From Chitinophagales bacterium (GTDB lineage: Bacteria > Bacteroidota > Bacteroidia > Chitinophagales > JADIYW01): a stretch of DNA of 64,000 bases. Of this stretch, positions 58,371 through 64,000 are shown piece after piece. Each line of letters opens with the position of its first letter. Within the stretch, counting starts at the first letter, position 1. The translations under genes were made by a program, and so were the position numbers. The notes under the pieces are model-generated. The model searched no databases. It saw only the letters and a program-made list of their open reading frames with translations, and had not been told where the DNA came from. Location: the NCBI GenBank assembly GCA_020848475.1, contig JADKZZ010000042.1, positions 4,243 through 68,242 on the forward strand, written 5' to 3'.

Positions 58371-58667
58371 ATGATAGTTTATACGCTTACCGCAAATGTT
58401 GATGAGGATATTGCTGATGAATGGTTGCAATGGATGAAAAATGAAGTATTGCATTTTGCATTAGGCACACAATTGCCAGTAGAGTTTAAAAGCTTTAAAG
58501 TGTTGAACGATAATGAAGGCGTTACTTATACTTTTCAACTTTTTTTCAAAGATGTATTTGTTTACAAGTTATTCCTTACAGAACATCATGCAGACTTTAG
58601 TAAGTTGATAAATGCTAAGTACACAGATAAGGCAGTTTACTTTAATACTCTTTTACAGCAATTATAA
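58371..58667 (+). CDS. DUF4286 family protein
   Basis: The segment MIVYTLTANVDEDIADEWLQWMKNE...VYFNTLL fits the DUF4286 pattern that I recall. This was not verified by any search. Confidence 0.6.
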   Translation: MIVYTLTANVDEDIADEWLQWMKNEVLHFALGTQLPVEFKSFKVLNDNEGVTYTFQLFFKDVFVYKLFLTEHHADFSKLINAKYTDKAVYFNTLLQQL

Positions 58668-58927
58668 TTACAGTATTTTATTACTTCTTTTTCTTTTCAT
58701 TTATTTTTATCTAATGCTGAAAATTGTTTGACACATCAAGAAGTCCATATTGTAATACTATACTAATTTCAAAATTATTTTTACTGACACAATTCTGCAC
58801 AACGGTTGATAAATTTTTGAAAACTTTTTTATGTTGCGAAAAAATCAACTATCTGAAAATCATTGTTTTATAATTATTATCGCAAAACTATACTAATTTT
58901 AGGTATTGCTTAGGTTTTTCTTTATTG

Positions 58928-58935
58928 TAATTTTG
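58928..58935 (+). promoter_or_regulatory. Candidate -7 promoter box (TAATTTTG) with an ATTG -33-like element 19 nt upstream, for nrdJ
   Basis: The TAnnTTTG match is at 58928-58935. A TTG at 58906-58908 gives a 19-nt spacer. The ATG lies at 58967. Confidence 0.4.
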
Positions 58936-58966
58936 CTTCATCACTAACCCAAAAATCAACCATAAA

Positions 58967-61519
58967 ATGAAAACTACAGCAAGCGAAATTTCAACTACTA
59001 CTTTCACGCAAGAAGAAGCATTTGCAGCCTCTCTTAAATATTTTAATGGCGACGACTTAGCCGCCAGAGTGTGGCTAAATAAGTATGCATTAAAAGATTC
59101 TGATGGAAATATCTACGAACAAACACCCAATGATATGCATCATAGATTGGCAAATGAGTTGGCTCGTATCGAAAAGCGCTATCCAAATCCAATGTCTGCT
59201 GAGTTTATTTTTGACCTAATCAAAAATTTTAAATACATCATACCGCAAGGAAGTCCGATGACGGGAATTGGCAATCCTTACCAAATTGCGTCATTATCGA
59301 ATTGTTTTGTAATTGGCAATGAAGGCGATTCTGATTCGTATGGTGGTATTATGAAAGTAGATGAAGAGCAAGTGCAATTAATGAAACGTCGTGGTGGTGT
59401 AGGGCATGATATATCGCATATACGACCTAAAGGTTCTGCTGTAAAAAATTCAGCGCTGACTTCTACTGGCTTAGTACCATTTATGGAACGCTATTCCAAT
59501 TCAACGCGCGAAGTTGCACAAGATGGTAGAAGAGGAGCCTTGATGCTCTCTGTTTCTATAGCACATCCAGATGCAGAAGATTTTATAGATGCAAAATTAG
59601 AACAAGGCAAAGTAACAGGTGCCAATATTTCTGTTCGTATCAATAATGCTTTTATGCAAGCAGTAGAAAATCAAACTACTTTTACACAACAGTTTCCGAT
59701 ATTTAGCAAAACACCATTATTCAAAAAAGAGATTGACGCATTAGCATTATGGAAAAAAATAGTGCATAATGCATGGCGCTCTGCAGAGCCTGGCATATTA
59801 TTTTGGGACACTATTATTAATGAGTCTTTGCCCGATTGTTACGCTGATTTAGGCTTTAGAACAGTTTCTACAAATCCGTGCGGAGAAATTCCTTTATGTC
59901 CTTATGATTCCTGTCGTTTATTGGCCATTAATTTATTTTCATATGTCGATCATCCATTTACGAAAAATGCTACGTTTAATTGGAATTTATTTAAGCAACA
60001 TATCTCTTATGCACAACGCATGATGGACGACATTATTGATTTAGAATTAGAAAAAATTGATGTAATTCTAGAGAAATTAAATCAAGATCCGGAAGGAAAA
60101 GAAGTGAAAAGAACAGAAATCAATCTTTGGGAAAAAATAAAAGAAAAAGCAAAACAAGGCCGTAGAACAGGCATTGGCATAACAGCAGAAGGCGATATGT
60201 TGGCTGCATTAGGTTTGAGATATGGTAGTGATGAAGGAATAGCGTTTGCTGTAAACATACATAAAACAGTTGCTTTAGAAGCTTATCGCTCATCAGTGCA
60301 TACTGCTAAAGAGCGTGGTGCATTTGAAGTATTTGATGCAGAGCGCGAGAAAGAAAATCCATTTATGTTGCGTTTAAAAGAAGCCGACTCACAATTGTAT
60401 TATGAAATGCTGGAATACGGAAGACGCAATATTGCATTATTGACCATTGCGCCAACAGGTACAACAAGCTTGATGTCGCAAACGTCTTCTGGTATTGAGC
60501 CTGTATTTTTGCCTGTATATAAACGCAGACGAAAAGTAAATCCGAATGACAAAAATGTACGCGTAGATTTTGTTGACGAAGTAGGAGATTCTTGGGAAGA
60601 ATATGTTGTGTTCCACCACCGTTTTAAACAATGGATGGACATTAATGGATATAATTCTAATCGTAATTTTTCGCAAGATGAATTAGATGAATTAGTAAAA
60701 AAATCACCATATTATAAAGCAACATCTAATGATGTTGATTATCTGAAAAAAGTACAAATGCAAGGTGCTATTCAAAAATGGGTAGACCATTCTATAAGTG
60801 TAACGATAAATATGCCGAATGATGTTACGGAAGAAACAGTAGCAGAATGCTATATGGAAGCGTGGAAATCTGGTTGCAAAGGCGTTACTGTTTATCGCGA
60901 TGGCTCGCGCTCTGGCGTGTTGGTCAGTACTGACGAAAAGAAAAAAGAATCTGATGCTGATGATGGTTCTACATTTCCGCTTACACGTCCAATTTCTTTA
61001 AAAGCCGATGTCGTGCGTTTTCAAAACAATAAAGACAAATGGATTGCATTTATAGGATTAATTGATAACAAACCTTATGAAATTTTTACGGGCTTGAGTG
61101 ATGATGAAGACGGAATATTATTGCCACGTTGGGTCAATGATGGTGTTATTATAAAAAATAAAGAAACTGACGGTACATCGCGCTATGATTTTCAATACAA
61201 AAATCAGCGTGGTTACAAAACAACGATTGAGGGCTTGTCTTATAAATTTAATCCTGAATATTGGAATTATGCAAAACTGATTTCAGGAACTCTGCGTCAT
61301 GGTATGCCTATCGAAAATGTGGTAGATTTAATAGGTAGTCTAGATTTAGATGAGGCAATAAACACTTGGAAAAATGGTGTTGCGCGTGCATTAAAACGAT
61401 ACGTGCCAGATGGTACTTTATCTAATAAATCAAAATGTCCAAATTGTGGTTCAACGAATCAGCAATATTTAGAAGGTTGCCTGACATGCAAAGATTGTGG
61501 CGCCTCCAGATGTGGTTAA
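58967..61519 (+). CDS. nrdJ: Class II (adenosylcobalamin-dependent) ribonucleotide reductase
   Basis: The active-site region STNPCGEIPL is present. The N-terminus reads ARVWLNKYALKD and the protein also has YRDGSRSGVL. The C-terminal zinc-ribbon tail reads CPNCGS...CLTCKDCGASRCG. Length is 850 aa. Confidence 0.93.
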   Translation: MKTTASEISTTTFTQEEAFAASLKYFNGDDLAARVWLNKYALKDSDGNIYEQTPNDMHHRLANELARIEKRYPNPMSAEFIFDLIKNFKYIIPQGSPMTGIGNPYQIASLSNCFVIGNEGDSDSYGGIMKVDEEQVQLMKRRGGVGHDISHIRPKGSAVKNSALTSTGLVPFMERYSNSTREVAQDGRRGALMLSVSIAHPDAEDFIDAKLEQGKVTGANISVRINNAFMQAVENQTTFTQQFPIFSKTPLFKKEIDALALWKKIVHNAWRSAEPGILFWDTIINESLPDCYADLGFRTVSTNPCGEIPLCPYDSCRLLAINLFSYVDHPFTKNATFNWNLFKQHISYAQRMMDDIIDLELEKIDVILEKLNQDPEGKEVKRTEINLWEKIKEKAKQGRRTGIGITAEGDMLAALGLRYGSDEGIAFAVNIHKTVALEAYRSSVHTAKERGAFEVFDAEREKENPFMLRLKEADSQLYYEMLEYGRRNIALLTIAPTGTTSLMSQTSSGIEPVFLPVYKRRRKVNPNDKNVRVDFVDEVGDSWEEYVVFHHRFKQWMDINGYNSNRNFSQDELDELVKKSPYYKATSNDVDYLKKVQMQGAIQKWVDHSISVTINMPNDVTEETVAECYMEAWKSGCKGVTVYRDGSRSGVLVSTDEKKKESDADDGSTFPLTRPISLKADVVRFQNNKDKWIAFIGLIDNKPYEIFTGLSDDEDGILLPRWVNDGVIIKNKETDGTSRYDFQYKNQRGYKTTIEGLSYKFNPEYWNYAKLISGTLRHGMPIENVVDLIGSLDLDEAINTWKNGVARALKRYVPDGTLSNKSKCPNCGSTNQQYLEGCLTCKDCGASRCG

Positions 61520-61540
61520 TCAATTTTTTAAGCTATAGTA

Positions 61541-61570
61541 AACGCCTGATATTTCAGGCGTTTTTTTTTT
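61541..61570 (+). terminator. Rho-independent terminator after nrdJ
   Basis: A 9-bp stem pairs AACGCCTGA (61541-61549) with TCAGGCGTT (61554-61562). The T-run beginning within the 3' arm of the stem continues to 61570. Confidence 0.9.
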
Positions 61571-61646
61571 GTTTATGTTATAAATAATTTAGTTCGGTCT
61601 AAAAATAAAATTCGTTGCTATTAAATTACGGCTTTATTTTTGCCAA

Positions 61647-62408
61647 ATGAAATTTCTTTTTATTATCGTATTTATTTTTCAATTTAATTGCATATTGGCA
61701 CAAGAACTAATGGCTGAAATGGAATCGATTGCTACGGACAGACCAGACCAAACGGAAACGCCAGCTGTTTTGCCGTTTAAATTTTTTCAATTAGAAACTG
61801 GTTTTAATGTAGAAAGCCAAACTAATGTATATACTTTTGTTCATCCAACAATGCTTTGGAAAGTAGGCATTTTTAAATCAACGGAACTGCGATTAATTAC
61901 AGAAATTTCTACTACTAAAGATACAGTAGATAAATACAGAACGGGCTTGTCACCTATAGAAATAGGATTTAAAACAGCAATTTGTGAAGCAAGAAAAGCA
62001 AGACCTAAAATTTCATTTATTGCACATTTAGCGATACCATATTTGTCGACAAAAAACAGACGTACAGCATATTTTGCACCCAATTTTAGATTTACGTTGG
62101 AGCACACTTTGAAGAAAAATATTTCATTAGGATATAATCTAGGAATGGAATGGACAGGCGAATCGCCGCATCCTTCCTTTATATACACAATCGTAAATGG
62201 CTTTGATGTAAGCGAGAAAGTATATTTGTATTATGAGTTTTTTGGCGATATTCCGATTAAAGAAATATCTACGCATACATTTGACGCAGGTCTTGCCTAT
62301 TTAATAAAACAAAACCAGCAAATAGATATATCTGCTGGTTTTCAATTGTATCCTTTTGTTAAAGGCTGGTATGTGTCTTTAGGTTATTCTTTCAGAATAC
62401 CAAAGTAA
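61647..62408 (+). CDS. Outer-membrane beta-barrel transporter-like protein (MetA-pathway/Phenol_MetA_deg-like)
   Basis: A signal peptide ending in LAQ is followed by ATDRPDQTETPAVLP...QLETGF, which resembles that OMP family. The protein ends with an aromatic residue pattern (GYSFRIPK). Confidence 0.6.
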   Translation: MKFLFIIVFIFQFNCILAQELMAEMESIATDRPDQTETPAVLPFKFFQLETGFNVESQTNVYTFVHPTMLWKVGIFKSTELRLITEISTTKDTVDKYRTGLSPIEIGFKTAICEARKARPKISFIAHLAIPYLSTKNRRTAYFAPNFRFTLEHTLKKNISLGYNLGMEWTGESPHPSFIYTIVNGFDVSEKVYLYYEFFGDIPIKEISTHTFDAGLAYLIKQNQQIDISAGFQLYPFVKGWYVSLGYSFRIPK

Positions 62409-62415
62409 TGAATGT

Positions 62416-64000
62416 TTATTTCAAAGACTTGATGAAATCATCGACCAGTTGTTTCATTTTTGTCATGTCAGCAATGTTATTGCTATAAAAACGGAAATGA
62501 TCTGTATTGTCATTGCTATAAGTAGAATAAAAGCAATCGCTTTCATTTTTACACATTATTTTTACTTCATTTGATGTCAAAGATTTTGCTATTACTACAT
62601 TTGTTTTATTTACTAAATCATCAATGGGAATGTAAGAAGTATATGTCTTTGAAAAGATTTTGAAATCAAAATTTACTTTACCATTGCTTACATTTACGTT
62701 TTTGTAAGTAGCTGGATTAAATATTTTCAAATAATCGTTTAATGCTTTTAATTTACTGCTGTATTTACTAGCATCTGGTGTTTTACTTGTTGTTGATGTT
62801 GTAGAGGTGTTTGATGTTGTTATTGGTGTATCAAAAAGATAGCCAAAAACATCATCTTCAAAAACGGAGGAAGATGATGTGTTATTTTGACGTTCTTTTT
62901 CTTTCTGTTCTCTCTTGATTTCTGCACTTGTTTTTGTCGTGCTTGTTGTATTTGTTGTTTTTGTGGTGCTTGCTGTATTTGTTTTGTTTTGCAATGCTGC
63001 TAAAAAGTCTTTTAGCAATTCTTCCATTTTATAAATGCTTTTTCCGCTAGCAGTTTGAAAGTTGAAATAATCGTGATATCCTTTTGTGATGGTAGAGTAA
63101 ATACATTTGCTTTCATTCTTACACATTAGCTTTACTACTGAATATTGAGCGCCCAAAACTACTTTATCTAAGTCGTCAATCTTTGCTTTTGAAAATTCAT
63201 TGTTTTTGTATCTACTATATACATAACCATCTTTTACTTCTATTCCTTGATATCTATCACCATCGAATGTTTTCAAGTAATCATTTAATGCTTTTAATGC
63301 GGTTTGATAATTGCCAGTTTTCGTTGTTGTTGAGCTGCTGTTGCTGCTTGGCTTCATAATATCAATATTTGATTTCAAGTTATCAAAATCAATATTAGAA
63401 GATGTGTTTTGATTATTAGTTCCTAAATAAGCTGCTTTGAAATCATTGAGTAAGCCAGCTAATTCTTTGTAGTTAAAACTGCCATTTGTAAGAAATTGTG
63501 AGTACTCTTCTTTTCCATTTGGCTTCCAGTCTGTTTCAATACATTTATTTGTTCCTTTGCATTTTAAGATGACACGTTTGTATTCTTCTTGAATCACTGC
63601 ACCTTCCATGTCTTCCATTTTAAATTTGTTATATTTTCCGGCTTTAAAACGGTCATAGATATATCCATCTTTTACTTCGAAATAGCCGTAATATCCATTG
63701 TCAAATGTTTTTAGATATTCATTTAATTTGTCTAATTGTTTTTTATAATCCTTTGAAGTTGTTTTTCCAGAGTTATTATTTTTAGGAGCGACAGTTGCTG
63801 CTAATTCGTCAAAATCTTCATCTTCCCAATCATCGTCATTGTTATCTTGTTTATTTCTTTCTTTTTCTTTTTGTTCACGTATTTTCTCTGCAGCTGTTTT
63901 TGTAGCATATACAGGCTTATTGTTGTATGCATTGATAAGATTATCTAATAATTCTATCAATGTTTCTGTGTTAAAATCAGTGTTTTGTGAGAACGACATT
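62416..64000 (-). CDS. Modular repeat protein of unknown function; the 5' end probably lies beyond the window
   Basis: Three modules of about 107-116 aa lie at 63424-63750, 62989-63309 and 62419-62766. Each has the pattern LN(E/D)YLK.F...(D)G.(V/I)...KxMCK-x4-C and an ending like LL.DF..AL. S/T-rich and REQKEKER linkers separate them. The first 26 in-window residues look like the tail of a further module. Confidence 0.7.
   Translation of the reverse strand, partial: MSFSQNTDFNTETLIELLDNLINAYNNKPVYATKTAAEKIREQKEKERNKQDNNDDDWEDEDFDELAATVAPKNNNSGKTTSKDYKKQLDKLNEYLKTFDNGYYGYFEVKDGYIYDRFKAGKYNKFKMEDMEGAVIQEEYKRVILKCKGTNKCIETDWKPNGKEEYSQFLTNGSFNYKELAGLLNDFKAAYLGTNNQNTSSNIDFDNLKSNIDIMKPSSNSSSTTTKTGNYQTALKALNDYLKTFDGDRYQGIEVKDGYVYSRYKNNEFSKAKIDDLDKVVLGAQYSVVKLMCKNESKCIYSTITKGYHDYFNFQTASGKSIYKMEELLKDFLAALQNKTNTASTTKTTNTTSTTKTSAEIKREQKEKERQNNTSSSSVFEDDVFGYLFDTPITTSNTSTTSTTSKTPDASKYSSKLKALNDYLKIFNPATYKNVNVSNGKVNFDFKIFSKTYTSYIPIDDLVNKTNVVIAKSLTSNEVKIMCKNESDCFYSTYSNDNTDHFRFYSNNIADMTKMKQLVDDFIKSLK

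Noticed and set aside
52967-58667. The 53-58.7 kb stretch of small accessory-type genes considered as a horizontally acquired island.
   Set aside because: There is no integrase, transposase, tRNA attachment site or flanking direct repeat. I see no obvious shift in base composition or codon style relative to neighbouring core genes.
58668-58966. A cobalamin riboswitch upstream of the B12-dependent nrdJ.
   Set aside because: The 299-bp leader is extremely AT-rich. It lacks anything resembling the GC-rich B12-box core or paired helices. B12 riboswitches normally control B12-independent isozymes or transporters, not the B12-dependent enzyme.
1-64000. An alternative genetic code or stop-codon recoding, considered because of the low GC content.
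   Set aside because: All conserved genes are intact under code 11. TGA is used as a genuine stop at the overlapping ATGA junctions (tpiA/prmA at 19899-19902 and cyoE/subunit III at 48335-48338), with family-typical C-termini.
1-64000. CRISPR arrays, tRNA or rRNA genes, IS elements, and toxin-antitoxin or restriction-modification modules.
   Set aside because: No direct-repeat/spacer periodicity is present. No GC-rich structured intergenic segment is long enough for a tRNA or rRNA, as all intergenic regions over 100 bp are strongly AT-rich. No ORF has transposase, integrase, nuclease or methylase-specific motifs.

Overview
This is a dense, AT-rich chromosomal segment of about 58 protein-coding genes, read under genetic code 11. 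TGA acts as a stop at the ATGA gene junctions at 19899 and 48335. Several hallmarks point to Bacteroidota:
- TAnnTTTG -7 type promoter boxes sit a few to about 30 nt upstream of start codons.
- No obvious Shine-Dalgarno sites are present.
- A PorT-like outer membrane protein lies next to ubiE.
- An alternative complex III (ACIII) plus aa3 oxidase supercluster is present.

By eye I found no rRNA, tRNA, CRISPR array, transposase, integrase or phage genes.

Gene blocks, in order:
1. 1-4.8 kb: M20 peptidase (partial), a chalcone-isomerase-like protein, tdk, an acidic repeat protein and waaA.
2. 4.9-12.5 kb: a surface-polysaccharide cluster with a nucleotide-sugar dehydrogenase, rfbB, a giant Wza-like exporter, a Wzz-like protein, rfbC and cysQ.
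3. 12.5-20.7 kb: housekeeping genes folD, udk, a porT-like gene, ubiE, engB, L31, a GlmU-like gene, tpiA and prmA.
4. 20.7-28.2 kb: a 1507-aa secreted protein of unknown function abutting a spermidine-synthase-like methyltransferase, then PAP2 and VWA proteins.
5. 28.2-33.9 kb: an RND efflux operon (adaptor, pump, outer membrane factor).
6. 34-35.8 kb: rsmG and a lipoprotein of unknown function.
7. 36.06-51.7 kb: a 16-gene same-strand respiratory supercluster of actABCDEF, cytochrome oxidase subunits II, I, heme o synthase, two subunit III genes and subunit IV, then SCO, DUF420 and a small CxxC membrane protein.
8. 51.7-58.7 kb: aroA, then small accessory-looking genes (START-like, Rieske oxygenase, long acyl-CoA dehydrogenase, SRPBCC, VOC, GNAT, DUF4286).
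9. 58.9-64 kb: class II ribonucleotide reductase nrdJ, a beta-barrel outer membrane protein, and a modular Cys-pair repeat protein truncated by the window edge.

I could not identify a convincing novel multi-gene system such as a defence or mobile module. The more interesting observations are local:
- An in-frame TAA interrupts an otherwise perfect signal peptide.
- Two perfect 14-bp palindromes lie in a divergent promoter region.
- A repeated 13-nt motif lies upstream of nrdJ.
- ActA carries six CXXCH motifs.
- A CxxC mini-protein ends the oxidase biogenesis module.
- Several large or repetitive proteins have unknown function.

All functional calls come from reading the translated ORFs for family motifs. 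No database search was run.
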